Assembly: GCA_965644315.1 (NCBI GenBank)
Contig: CBFFRQ010000036.1
Span: 1 to 64,000, forward strand
DNA: 64,000 nt
From: Caecitellus pseudoparvulus
Lineage: Eukaryota; Protista; Bigyra: Bicosoecida
Direction of reading: 5' to 3'
Positions 1-12,300 of this stretch are shown in pieces; position 1 is the first letter of the stretch; each line of letters starts with the position of its first letter. The notes under the pieces were generated by a model. That model saw nothing but the letters and a program-made list of their open reading frames with translations. It was not told the origin of the DNA and made no database searches. The position numbers and the translations under genes were made by a program.

Positions 1-15
1 AAACCCTGCAATAAG
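1..15 (+). repeat. Left terminal inverted repeat (partial, truncated by the window edge)
   Basis: 12/15 identity to the reverse complement of 4376-4390. Subterminal TGTAGGA at 22-28 is mirrored by TCCTACA at 4351-4357. Confidence 0.6.
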
Positions 16-354
16 GGCAAATGTAGGACAAACTGATATAAGGTCTAGCACTATGCTCAACATTCTTAGAGCAATTTTGCGTTCTTGGAGGTTTTGCGCA
101 ACAAGACCCGGCGGGGGGGCTTCGCCAAAATTCAAATACTTCAAATTTGAGTTTTTTGTTTGATGGTGCCGTTGGCCGTTGGCGTTACGGGCACCGAAAG
201 AAAACGGCCAATCACCCAAGGCCGTCTACCTCTTTCAGAATAAGCGCTGGCTCAAAAATTTCACGCAATTCATGGCCAACCTCAAGCTTTCTCATAACTT
301 CCGCCATTTGTTCGCCCGGTTTCCTCTTCCAAGCCGAATTCTCACCCAGTGGTG

Positions 355-2558
355 ATGGCGACGAAACGAGACCGATCCGGCGCCCCGTTGCGAACGGCCA
401 CAGCTGTCCCGGAAAGGTCGTCACGCGGAATAGCTCAAGGAATTCTTGAAGCAAGTGCCCACATGATGAACCTTGGTGCGGCCTCACTTGTCACAGGGCA
501 GTCGTTGCTTGTACACTCGGTGCATGCCTTGGCAGGCCAGCTTCGAGCCGAAGGCTACACCCGCAGGGATCAGCGGGAAGCGAAGTTCGGAGCAGCAAAA
601 GGCAGAGGTAGGCTTCGTAGGATCAAGCCACTTGTCATTCGCCAGTCTATTGAAGCGACGCTGCAGAACCCGAGGCACTGTTGGAGGTTAACGGGGATGA
701 ACGCAGAGATGTACAGGCACTTCTCTGACGAAGTCCAGAGAGCTCTCGTAAAGGCCAAAAACATGCAAACCAAGCAGCACTCAGCCTTTGTACGGATTTT
801 CATTTGCATTTCCCAGCTCCGTGGGCACCCTCCTGCCGCTCTGGCGATCATTACGAAGATGCCGGAAGGATCTATGCATGGGATCTTCCGGGAGGTGATT
901 CCCTTCGTCCTCTCTGTTGCCACCAGAAATTTGATGCTCAAGATACCCGAAGATCAGCGGGACGTGTCTCACGGGATTTTTGGCGGCGCACTTGGCCGTG
1001 TTGTCGGGGCAGTGGATGGGGTAACCATCCCGATGCAAGCGATGCCGGGCCGACCCCAATCCCACTACAACGTCCACCACAAGATTCCAGGTTACGACTT
1101 CCTGCTTGTGACAGACCTCACTGGAGTTCCCTTGGCTATTTTTGAGATGGGGCCTGGATCACAGTCTGAAGTTGCGGCGGCGTCAGACGCGGTGCGAACC
1201 CTGCGCCGCCATGGAGTCATGGAGCCAGGCGATCTGCTGCTAGGAGATGCATTGTACTGGCACTCCAACAAGCACATTGTAGCGGGAGACAAGCCATCCC
1301 ACCTCAAACAGTGGGCCGACAAGATCACCCAGCACATTGAGGCTGGGTGGGAGGATGCCGAAGAGCTCGAGAGGCTGCGCATGGCGTCTGGGATGCTGCT
1401 TAGCTTGGATCTGCGAACGGAGATGATAAGCAGCGCAAGGCTTGTAGTGGAGAACTGCAACAACGTCATCAAGTCGTTCAATGGTAGGTTGAGCGAAAGA
1501 CACTCACAGATGCCGTTCCTCGCAGACCAAAAGGCACTTCTGCTCTTGACGGTCAAGGCGGTCACAGGTCTTGTTGCATTTCGGATGCTTTACACTCGTC
1601 GCAGCCTCCGAAGCGAGTCATGGCTGCTTCGAAAGAATCACTCGTTGAGCTTGCTCCATCTCACTGTAAAGGCCGACCGTGCATTAGGGGAGGCAGCAGA
1701 TCGCACATTTGAAGACCTGCCCCGACTGATGCAAGTCCGGCGCAACAAGCGACCCATGAAGGTGGCTTATCAGGCCGTTGCCAAAGCTGTGCGTGATGCA
1801 CAAGGGGAATCTGCGCCTGAGGTTGAAGCCCAGCCCCCTCGCGGGGCCTCGTCAGAGCTTTGGGAGCAGATCCAAACCATGACGACGCTGCTCCATGGAC
1901 TTGATCGCGAGGTGCTGCAGGACCTGGACCAAGGGGGCTTGTCATCCTTGAAGAAGAGGAGCAAGAAGCCCGGCACAGCATCTGCTGTGCCGGGTCAACC
2001 CCGTCATACACGGAGTCGAGGCAGTGCACAACAGGAAGTCATGCCACGACTGCGAAAGTGGTTTCACGGGATGGTCCTTCGGCAAAACGAACCTCTCATG
2101 TACTCGGGGGGTCACAACCCGAGCGAGGCTACGCAGTGTTGGTCCACCCCTACACCGCAATGTGGGAGGTGTACTACTACCACGAGGATGGAACCGAGGA
2201 ACAAGAGCTGCACTCCTCGGGAGCAGCGACGCACTTGTACAACACACTCCCTCTGATCGCAGAGAGGTTGGCATTGGACAAGAACTGCACTCCAGTGGAG
2301 CTTAGCCTGTTGCAGTGTCCGGGATCTGGTTTGGAGGACAGCCCGCTCGTGGAGTTTGCGTCTGGACTTCTCCTTGAGGGTGACCCTTGTCTGGACCCGG
2401 ACTCGATAGCGCGGATGACCATCGACCAGCTTCGCCAACGATGTGAAGAAACGGGGTTGTCTTGCATTGGTACGAGGGGCGACCTCGTTCACCGGCTGAC
2501 ACTTTCCTGCGCTTCGCAAGGCACAGCCACGGCAGCGGGATCTGCCCTACCGAAGTGA
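355..2558 (+). CDS. Harbinger/ISL2EU-family DDE transposase, probably extended (-1 shift at the G6 run 2106-2111) into a C-terminal SAP-domain region
   Basis: ORF 349..2256 (first ATG 355) has an HTH_Tnp_4-like segment (CWRLTGMNAEMY...RIFICISQLR) and an intact triad: GAVDGVTI, LLGDALY, ARLVVENCNNVIK. Overlapping ORF 2058..2558 ends in SAP-like MTIDQLRQRCEETGLSCIGTRGDLVHRL. The join between the two ORFs is inferred. Confidence 0.85.
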
Positions 2559-2727
2559 GCTCGAGGACACCACCCCTCTCAATGGTGTCTTCCCCCTGGC
2601 CCACCCGGCAGCGTGCATTGATCAGCAAAGCCGTGTCTCGCTCCTGTTCCCTCCTCTGATCACCATACACAACAAATACAATGACTTTACACTCGGGACG
2701 GAAGGAGTGAAAGGTGTGTCCCCTGGA

Positions 2728-4065
2728 TCATGCAAGACGAGCCTCTATCCGTGTCACTGCTTGCTCGATCGACGTCATCCTGTCCAAGAGCTGGACAAGA
2801 GCCTCCTTCAGAGTGTCGTGCATGCGTTGAGAGTCCCTTGACACATCGAAGCACTCTTTTGCTTGTTGGGCAGCCTTTCGAAGCACTGCAGCGCTGTGAA
2901 ACAGACCGCTTGGGTCACTGCCGCGGTTTCCAGCATTGCGTCTTGATGCTGAAGCCTCAGTTGCTTGTGCTACTGCTGCGATTGCAGCGTCTTGCTCCTC
3001 AAGAGACAGAGCGGTCTCGACAGACAAGAAGGGGACTGCCGCGGGGTCGATCTGACATGCCGCCTCAGTAAGTTCATCAACCAGCGTATCAGCAATGTTG
3101 CTAGGGGTACCCGCCTGTCCCGGGCTTGGGGTCTGAGCTCCTCGAACCGATTTGGACCGTGGTCGATCGAGGGCCGGGGACGTACGCTGACGCTTCCGTC
3201 GGCTTCGCTCAAGCTTTGGGTTCACGCGAACAGCCATGCGCACCACTGAATGGTAACGAATGTACCCGAAAGCTGCTGCGAAGCGTGCAACTTCTTCACT
3301 TCCCGGAGTCAGGGTGGGGCCAAGGCACGGACCTGAGTGAGCCTCCTGGTTGTGAACATGTACCCGCAGCAAGGCTGAAAATGGGAGCAATGCTGGATCA
3401 GAAGGGCATTTAGTTGGATCCTCTGGGAATGCCACGGCTGGATTTTCCACTGCATGCTCTGCAAGAAGCTCAAGGGCCTGGATGGCTTCCTTGAGTCCCC
3501 GTCGCAGTCTGCCCTTCAATTGCAGGTTGTGGAAAGTCCTCTGTACAGACTTCCCGTTCTTGCGGTCTGCCAAGAAAGCTGACAACTTTGCTTGGGCATG
3601 TGCAGCAGACCAGTACAGCCCTGCAGGGCCCACGTTTCCCTCTGTTGGAACGCCAAGGTATGCAGCTGCATGCTCAGGCCGCACCAGCCATGAAACGCCA
3701 CCGGGGACGTCCACGGTTCCGGCTCCCGCGCTGATCAATCGCTCCAAGAACTTGATAAACTGGGTCTTTTCTGCAGCTTTATGCGGAAGAGCATCGACAA
3801 GGGACCCACCTTCGTCCATTTTCTTCTCCAGCCAGCTTGAGGCAATCTAGGCGTTTCATTTGAAACGGGTTTGTGGGGTACCACACCTACAGCAGCAAGA
3901 TCCAGCGCCAAAACTCACTGCGAAAAGGGTCAGTACAACGTCATCTGGGACTGGGACTCCTCTGGGTTTTACGATTCCGCGTTGTACGGCATCCTGTTGG
4001 CCATTCGGGGTTGTTGAGTGGGGTTGGGAACCATGCTGGCTCCCGCCAGCCGGATGGGCGGCCAT
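2728..4065 (-). CDS. Transposon accessory protein (ORF2), ~421 aa, one 72-nt intron (3918..3847)
   Basis: Exon 1 runs from ATG 4065 to 3919. The GTGAGT...CCTAG intron joins it in phase to ORF 2728..3819. Basic NLS-like RSRRKRQR and a coiled-coil-like C-terminus. Lies inside the TIRs, convergent with the transposase. Confidence 0.65.
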
Positions 4066-4375
4066 CTGGAAAGAATCCAAGCCAAAACTAAAGTCCGTAG
4101 TACTGGGATAAGTTGTGCAGCTTTTAGTATGCTCTGAGTTGGATTTGAGTGAAGTATCATTTTATTCCTGCAAACCGATTTCCGCAATTCTCACTTGCCA
4201 ATCACTACGACCTACAGCAAAACCTGCATCAGGCTGGCGAGTGCAAGCGATTGATTCCGCATGAAGTACATATCGATCAGTTTTTGGTGGGGTTCCCAAC
4301 TCAAATATCCCAAGAATCCTCATTTCGCCATTTCTGATATAAGCCTGAACTCCTACAGTAGTCAATCAGCAATTT

Positions 4376-4399
4376 CTTACTGTAAGGTTTCACGAGACC
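4376..4399 (-). repeat. Right terminal inverted repeat of the transposon (reads GGTCTCGTGAAACCTTACAGTAAG inward)
   Basis: Its inner 15 nt match bases 1-15. It starts with GG like many PHIS TIRs and coincides with the switch to high-GC host sequence. The exact end (4399 vs 4400) is uncertain. Confidence 0.55.
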
Positions 4400-4683
4400 T
4401 ACCGGCGGGTCGAACCTTTGCACACCGCAGATGTCGCTGTGATGCGCCCTGGCACCCGCAGAAAGTGCACAGCTGCGAGTCGTGGACTATGTGCATGCAT
4501 TTGGGAGGTGGGCACTCACTGCAGCGCTGCAAGTGCCGTGCATCGCTGCGATTTGCGCCCTGTTCGCGTGTGCGCCCACGCCGGCTGGTGGGCCCCGTGC
4601 TGACACGCATGTCGCTGGCGCAAGCGACGATGCAACTCACACTCACGCACTCTGGGGCCCGCCCCCCCCTCCCTCCTGGGAAA

Positions 4684-7600
4684 TCACTGCCCTTCCTCTG
4701 TCCAGTCCCGCACGACGGAGGCTGGTGTGGGGGGCAGGTCGCTGCCGCCGACAGGCGTGCGGGGTTGGCGACCCAGCCCCGCCGGGAACATGCCCTGCGT
4801 CTCGCCGCCGCCAAAGGCAGACGCCAGGGGCAGAGTCCAGCCCTGCAGCCCCCCCCACACACCTTGGCCATGCTGCAAGCTGGAGAGGTGGCTGGGGGGG
4901 GCTTCCACGGCAGGTGGCGTGTCACCCCCCTCGCCCCAGGTCACCGGCGCCGCAGCAGCCTCGGCAGCAGCAGCGGCGAGGGCAGCGGCGGCTGCCTTGC
5001 GCCTGCGCCCACCTCGCCGCTTGCGGGAGGAGGAGGGCGGTGTTCCGGCGCTGCCGGCAGGGCTGGAGGGGGTGTTCCGGCTGTCCACCCCACTGCGCAA
5101 GTCACGCGCCTGCTCAGGCGTCAGGTGACTCACCAGGTACACGTGGGGGTTGAAGGCGTGGTCGTTGCCCAGCAGGAATTCGTCAGGGTGCGCTTCAAGA
5201 AATTTCTTCAGTCCCCCGAAACGCTCCTTGAGCACCGCCGACAAGTTGCCGTGGGAGGTGGCTTCCCCCAGCAACTTACCCACCTCGCCCACCGGCAGGC
5301 TGCCGCGTTGCTGCAGCAGCTCCCGAGTCAAGCACAGCAACGCAGGGCCCGTGACATCGGAGTCAAGGTAGAACGCAGCATACTCCACGGCATGCCACAG
5401 CCCCGCCCCGCCGTCTGGCACGGACACTGCGGAAATTGCGGCTTGGGCGGCGGCCTGTGCCCCGAGACTGCCCTGTTCCACCAACATCTCGGCCGCATCA
5501 AGAACATGCCCCGCAGGGGACAGCAGGTCTGAAATGAAGGCGGCGGCGGTGGCGGGGACGGGTTTGAGGGGGGCGGCGGGGGGGCCTGGCGCCGTGCAGT
5601 GACTCGCCGCGGCACTCCACGCGCCGCCCAGAACACACTGCAGCAACGCACCACACTGCACGCCCTGCCCCCCGCCCCCCCACACATCGTGCAACATGCG
5701 TGCGGACACGGCTGCTGCTCGCTGCAGCTGTCTGCGGTGCTGGTGGGACCAGCCTGCCAGTGTGTCTTGCAGGGGATCCGTGGGGTGCAGGATGCCGAGG
5801 GGGGTGGAGGGGGGGTGTAGGGGGGGTTCGTCAGCGGGGCGGTGCACCAGCCCGTGCACGAGGGCATGCTGCTGTGCGGCGGGCAGGCCCAAGATTCCAC
5901 TGGGCCCACCCCCCGCACCACACCGCCGCAGTGTGGCCACAGCGGCCCGCACATCTTCGGCCGCCCGGCGCCGGGCACACTTCCGCTGCAGGGAATTCAG
6001 AACAGCGTGGGGCAGGGCATGCAGAACAGCGGCATCCAAGGTGGGTGTTCCGTTGGACCCTGAGTTGCTGCGTTGCGCGGGCGTGGACAGGAGGGGGGGT
6101 GGGTGGGAGGCGCCTGAGTCTGGTCGCTGCGGCCCACGGGTGGGTGAGGCCATGGGCAGCGGCGGTTGCTGGGCGGAGGAGGCCGCGTCCAGGGACAGGC
6201 AAGCGAGAACACCGAAACCGAACGGGCTTGTGCGTTCGGCGTGTTCCGACTCCGTCACGCCGCCGCCGTGTCGGCTGGAGGAGGAGGAGGAAGTGCTGGC
6301 GCTGCGAAGAGCGCCCCCAGCTTCAAGTTCCGCAAGGACCGGAGCCATGGCGGCTGCAGCAGCGGCCACTGCAGCCTCTCGTGATAGCGGGTCAGGAGTG
6401 GACTGTGCAGGCGTTGTGGCGGGTGGGGGTGGTGCTGTGCCCGGTGGGGGGGCTGTCGTGGCGGGGGTGCGTTTCGCCATGGCATGTAACGCAGCACTGA
6501 GTGCCTGCGCCCGGGCCATGGCGCGTGTCCAGGTGACTTCGTCCCAGGGAGTGGCACCCAGAACACCCACACACATGCCCTCACTCGGAACACACGCAAG
6601 GTCACGCAGGGTCCACGCCAGTGCTGCCAGGGGGGTGGAGATGACGCCACCACGGCGACTCAGTGTCCAGGTGAGGAGGGACACACAAGCGGCCCAGGGG
6701 AGGGGGGGCAGGGGGGGGGTGGCACCCCCCCCCACTGCGGCTGCCAACCACGCTGTGTGTCCCGCCGAGGGGGGGGGTGTGTGGCCCCCCCACCGTGGGG
6801 CGTCGTGGCACCCCCACGCGTGCAGCAGCACCAGTGCACGCCGAAACAAGCTGCCGCGACCGACGTGTGAATCCATGGCCTGCACGAGGGCAGCGGCACT
6901 GAGCGACCTGAGGTCGTTCAAGTTCACCTCCAGTGCCGAGCCGTGCCGCGAACACTGCAGCTTGTGTTCTGCGCCGCCGCCGCTGCTGACGCTGGTGATG
7001 TGCGTGAAGTCCCAGAAACAGTCGGCGTGCTGCGTTGCCGCCAGCACAGCCTGGGCCTCTGCTTGACTCGCCACGCCCAGCGACGCGACGGCCAGCTCCG
7101 AGCTGCGTGTGAGCGACCACGGCAGCGACCCCGTGCGACCTCCCACTTCGCCTCGCGACGGCGACAGCGCTTCACGACTGCCGTCGCCGTCGCCAGACAT
7201 GCTGCGCCCGCCACGGCTGCGGCGGGGGGTGGGCCCATCGGTGGGCCCACTTCCCCCCGTGGCAGCCGCCACTGGCGCGCTGAGCGTCAGGTCGGCACGG
7301 TCCAGTGCGGAAATTGCAGCGGTCAGCGCCCGCGTGCGATCGTCCCCCACCGTGAAACTGGCGCTGCCCAAGCTGCCCTCACGACGGGAGGGGCGGCGCA
7401 GGAGGGGGGTGGAGGGGGGGGGTGGACTCCACATGTCACCGCCCCCGCTCTCTGGCGCACGCTGCGGCGCCGTGGACGGGCCGCGCCACCTGCGCAGCGT
7501 GGCCGCCACAGCCGATAACGCAGCAGCCAGCCGCGGCACGCTGGCTGCTTGGCCCGATCTGGGAACTAGTGCTGTCAGACACACCGGGTGCCACAGCGGC

Positions 7601-8968
7601 ACGACGCCGGCCGCTGCGGCGCCGACGGGAAAGGCGTGCACGCCGCCCGCGCCACGGGCGAGGGCTTGCATGAAACGCACCAGACGTGCGTGGCGTGGCG
7701 AGTCGCCCCCCCCCTCCTCCCCTGCCGCCAGTGACACCCGCCCTGTCAGGGTCGCTGTCAGCAGCGCATGGCACCGTGTCTGATGTGCCTGGGGCGGCGG
7801 CTGACTGAACGTGTGGCTGGCGTGGCCCATGAAACGCACCAGGTCGTGCTGCGGCGTGGCCAGGACTCGTGCCACTGCGGCAGCCAGAGACGGCGACGCG
7901 GTGAAGGCGTGGGGGGAGTCAGGGGGGGGTTGGTGCCCCAGGGAGGGGGGGCAGGCCCGACACGAGGGCTTCCCCGAGGGGGGAGGCTCTGGCCAGTGAG
8001 GGGGGGGTCATGGACCGTGGAGGGGGGGTGGAGGCCCCCCCCCTGGCGCCCCCCTCCAGCGCCCCCAGACGGTGAGCCAGTGCGGAGATTTGTGCCTGGG
8101 ACCGCGCATATGCCGAGGTGAGCCCAGACAGGCGCGCTGACACGTCGGCTGACGCCAGGTACCGCCGCAGTGGCTGGTGCGTTTCATCAAGAAACTCCAC
8201 CAGCTCAGGCAGCGTCGCCAGAGCGTGGGGAAGGCGCAGCAGGCGCTGGAGAAAGTACGCCAGCTGCACCCTGCGCTCCGCAATGACTCCTGGCTCCAGC
8301 GTTCCAAACACACGTTTGGGCGGCAGTTCGGGCACGCAGCGTGCCGCGGCGGCTGGCAGGCGGCCTCGTGCGCTGCCGTGCAGAACGGCGAACTCGCGGT
8401 ACCGCCGCTGGATAGTCCAGGTGGCAGAGGGCAGGGTGACTCCCACGTGGTACAGCGTGAAACGCCCCCCCGCGTCGGAGGCTGTGGAGGTGCGGAGAAT
8501 ATCCACTGCGATGGAGGCCGCGAGGGGGGGCGAGCCGGTGGAGTGTGCCCGAGGCGGAGGGGGGGAGGGGGACAAGGGGGCCACGGGAGGCACTGCCGGC
8601 GGTGGTGTGGCTGGTGTCAGGGCGGTGGGGGTCGTCGTCACTGAGCCCTGCGCCACAGGTGCCGTGCCCCAGCCAGCAGCGCTCGGCACCGTCTCGTGCT
8701 GCCGCATGTAGTCAGGCAGCAACGCAGCGCCCAGCGGCAAGCTGGCAGGACGACTGCCCCAGCCATCCTCCATGCTGCCTTGTCCTGGACCGGGGCTGCC
8801 AAGTGCAGCGCTGGTGGCGACGTGGCGCTCGGGGTGAGGCTTGTGAGCTGCGGTTTTTGAGCGCTGTGCAATGCTTGCGCACAGGCCTCTCTGCTCAGCA
8901 GGGGCAGATTCTGATGTGGAGAGGGACGACCAGGAATTTTCAAGATGGGAAACAGGAGGTGGCTGCAT
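4684..8968 (-). CDS. PX-domain + degenerate PAP/OAS1-type nucleotidyltransferase-like + C-terminal winged-helix (LOTUS/OST-HTH-like) protein; one gene split by an indel in the G8 run at 7922-7929
   Basis: PX domain: FTLYHVGV...WTIQRRYREFAVLH...LPPKRVFG...ERRVQLAYFLQRLL. Removing one base from the homopolymer joins ORF 7919..8968 to ORF 4684..7875 (..TPPDSPHAFTASPSLAAAVARVLA..). NTase-like: LEVNLNDLRSLSAAALVQAMDSHVGRGSLFRRALVLLHAW. wHTH: LPVGEVGKLL...KERFGGLKKFLEAHPDEF. The start could be ATG 8773. Confidence 0.75.
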
Positions 8969-9365
8969 TTGATTTTGGGCGGACTTGCTCGCAGGTTGTC
9001 ACGCGCTCCAACGCCAGGCAATCCTGGACACCGATTCGCCTGAGAATGCTTTCGTGCCTGCAAAGCGCGGGAGTGACTTGCGAGGGCCACAATTTTCGCC
9101 CGATCTTCAATTTGTTTCCTTATTCATTTCTATGCTTGTGCGCCCTGGCGCGAACCTGGACACCGTCCGTGTTTGCACGGCGCTGAATCTGGGCGGCACT
9201 CGCTTGGGCGAGGGACCGAATTCCGCACGCTAGCCAACCTCGGTTTCCTGCCAGTCCACGGGACGCAGGCGCACTTGCGTTGCCTAGCAGCTATCCAGAC
9301 TCATCTTCACGTATTCACAAGGCGACACTCTGCGTGCCTCCTCCCCAAACGCAGCAGCAGGCAGC

Positions 9366-12300
9366 ATGGCCAGTGGTGCCAGGTGAGAAGAGAAGCGCCC
9401 GCATTGCATTCCGTCACAGCAGCGCCACCAACACCTGCCGCGGCCAAACCTCCACAGTGGCTTCGATGCCGTGAAGCGGGGGATCCTGCAGGCGCTGTAT
9501 GCGGGCTGCAAGTCGCCCAAGGGCAGCGTGGACGCGCCCATCGTGGACTTTATCCACGCTCTGAACACAGACATCCCCGACCTTGTCACGACCTCCTCCT
9601 GTTCCGGACGCGTGTCAATCTTCCACACACCTGGTGGAGCAGCTTCAGCTGGGGTGGGCGCCAAGGGCACAGGCACCTGGCTGCTCTCAGCGCACCACCA
9701 TGTGACTCTGGAAGAGGTGACGTCTGCGCTGGCCGCATGCCCGCCGGGGGAGTCAGACTTGGTGACTCTGAAGGTGGAGCCGTTTCTGCTGCACGTGGAA
9801 ACGCGCGATGTGGACACTGCAGCGTGGTTCGTCACTGTCGCGCACAGTGCGGGCTTTCGTGAGAGCGGCATTATGCTGGGCAAGGGTGGTGCGCGTGTCA
9901 TGGCTCACGTACGTACAACTTCACACACCCTGGAAGTGCCACTGCGGGTGGGTGGGGCCACCCTCGTCCCAGACACGGCACTGGAGTCACTGGTTGACTT
10001 CGCCAACGCCAAATTCCGCGTGAACGCTCAGCGCATTGGGCGCCTGCAAGCCGCTGTGGCCGCTGCCACCGCCGAGCGTTTCGCGGCGCCCCCCTCAACC
10101 CCCCACTCCCTGGCCGTGCCACAGCAGTGGGCGGGCCACATCAAGGGCGCCATTGTGGCTGCAGGTTGGGGAGATGCCTCCCGCAAGGTGCGGCGGGCGA
10201 ACTTTGCCTGCGCCGCGCCCGACGCCGCCGCCGCGTTGCGCGACCTGCAGCAGGCTGCTGATGCGTTTCAGGACCCTCCCCGCAAGGTGAAGGTGGACAA
10301 GGCGACTGGGGAGCCCATCACCGCGCCCCCGGCACCCCCTGTCACGCCCTCCCCGTCCTCTGTCATGGTGGTGCCGGTGAGTCACTCCGGCACTGCTGCG
10401 TTGCGGGCATGGCAGGCGGATGCCGCAGCTGAGGCTGCTGCGTTGCCGGGGCCATGCCGCCCCTTTGCGCGTCAGCTGAAGCACGTGCCAATCGTAGCCA
10501 CTGCAGCACACAGGCCCGGCAAGGAGTCACGGCCTGCTAGCGCTGCCCCTGCAGCAGGGGCAGGAGGGGGGGGTGCTGGAGATGCACCCCCCCTGGACAT
10601 GGCCCGCGTGAGTCACCTGTCGAAGCTGCACCATGCGTTGCGGTGCCACGCCCACGCCGCTGGCAGTCCTCCGGGCATGCTGGCAGAGTTGCCGCGCAAG
10701 GCAGAGGTGCTGGGTGATGCGCTGCTGATTGGCGGGGGCGATTTGACTCACCCCGCGTGGGCCGGCGTGTGGGAGGCAGCGGCGGCGGCAGTGGGGGCTC
10801 GGCGCGTCATACGCAAGGCAGAGGTGTCTGCAGCGCCCAGTCGTGATGCCCAGGCGATGCTGCTGTGGGGGCCGTCGCCTTGGGTCACTGTGAAGGAGAA
10901 CGGCGTGAGCTACACCTTCGACGCCAGCCGTGTGATGTTCTCCCGGGGAAACGTGTCGGAAAAAGCGCGCATGGCCGCCCAGCCGGCAACCGGCGAAACC
11001 ATCGTGGACCTGTACGCAGGCATTGGGTATTTCACCATTCCCCTTGCGAAGCACGCGGGTGCCGCCGTGGTGCACGCGGCAGACTGGAACGCACCGGCTC
11101 TTGAGGCGCTGCGGAAAAACGTCCTCGCCAACGGCGTGCAGGACAAAGTGAAGGTGTACGAGGGCGACAACACAGCCATGGCAGAGTCCTGTGCGAGTAT
11201 CGCTGACAGGGTCATGCTGGGGCTCATTCCGTCCTCTGAGCGGGGCTGGCCCATTGCGGCAGCGGTGTTGAAGCCCAGCGGCGGCATGCTTCACGTGCAC
11301 GGAAACGTCCCGACAACCCAGGCCACGCGCTCTGGCTGGGGCGCCACTGTCGCCGCAGCGTTCGCCGAGTTGGGCAAGGCGCTGGGCAAGGTTTGGAAGG
11401 TGCGTTGCGTGCATGTGGAGAAGGTGAAGTCGTACGCGCCGCACGTCACACACGCCGTGGCCGACATCCGCTGCGTTGGCGTTGACTCGGCCTCCGAAAC
11501 GCAGTCCGCCACCCCGCCACCAGCCGCAGCTGCCGCAGAAGAGGTGGTGCCCACACAATCACCCCCCGTGCCAAGCTCAGTCTCTGAGCCATCCCCTGAG
11601 CCGGGGGCTGTGGCGGAGGCGGCTTGGAGCGGGCCTGCATTCGGGGCAGGCACCGTGCCGAGCGTTTCTGCAGACTCCCTCGCGGCCGCGTTGAGCCACC
11701 CCCACGAGCAGCTGTGGCACCGCCGCCTGCCTCTGGCGCTGCGGGGGTTCTTGCAGCCGAGTGCATGTGAGGCGTTTTCCCCTGCTAGCATGACAGCTGC
11801 GTTGGCGGAGGGCGGGGCCTGGGCGGCAGATGGCGCCAAGGCTGTTGCAGTGCACCAGGGCACCGCACCTGCACTGCAGTTCACACCCACCAAGAACTTC
11901 ACCTACACCACCATGCCAGTGCGGCAGCTGTTTGCACAGGTGGTGGCTGCGGCGGCCGGGGAAGGTGGGCCGTGGCTGTACCTTCGTGCGGTGGGTAGCC
12001 GGCCGCGCAAAGACAGTGCGGACCTGTGGCGTGATTTCCCGCAGCTGTCCACCGCCCTGTCCTGGCGCGTGTTCCAGCCGTGGGTGCCGCCTGCTGCGTA
12101 CTTTTCGTCAGTGCTCCGCATCATGGCGCCAGGCATGGCGCTGTGGACGCACTACGATGTGCGGGAAAACATCCTCCTGCAGCTGCACGGAACAAAAACG
12201 GTGACTCTGTTCCCACTTGCCGCAGCACAGGGCGTGCAGCTGGCAGGGTCCACCTCCACCCTGCACGGTGAGACGCAGGCACCCCCCGCGGAACACCTGC

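Larger units (their letters stand above)
1..4399. mobile_element. Two-gene PIF/Harbinger-ISL2EU (PHIS)-type DNA transposon; left tip lies just outside the window
   Basis: Contains a DDE_Tnp_4-like transposase (+) and a convergent second gene (-). The ends are AT-richer than the host genes, and GC rises after ~4400. Bases 1-15 (AAACCCTGCAATAAG) match the reverse complement of 4376-4390 (AAACCTTACAGTAAG) at 12/15. Confidence 0.8.

Noticed and set aside
7919-7930. Programmed frameshift or stop readthrough between the PX ORF and the 1063-aa ORF
   Set aside because: The break lies in a G8 homopolymer and a one-base change restores the frame. A sequencing/assembly indel is simpler, and a similar case occurs at 2106-2111.
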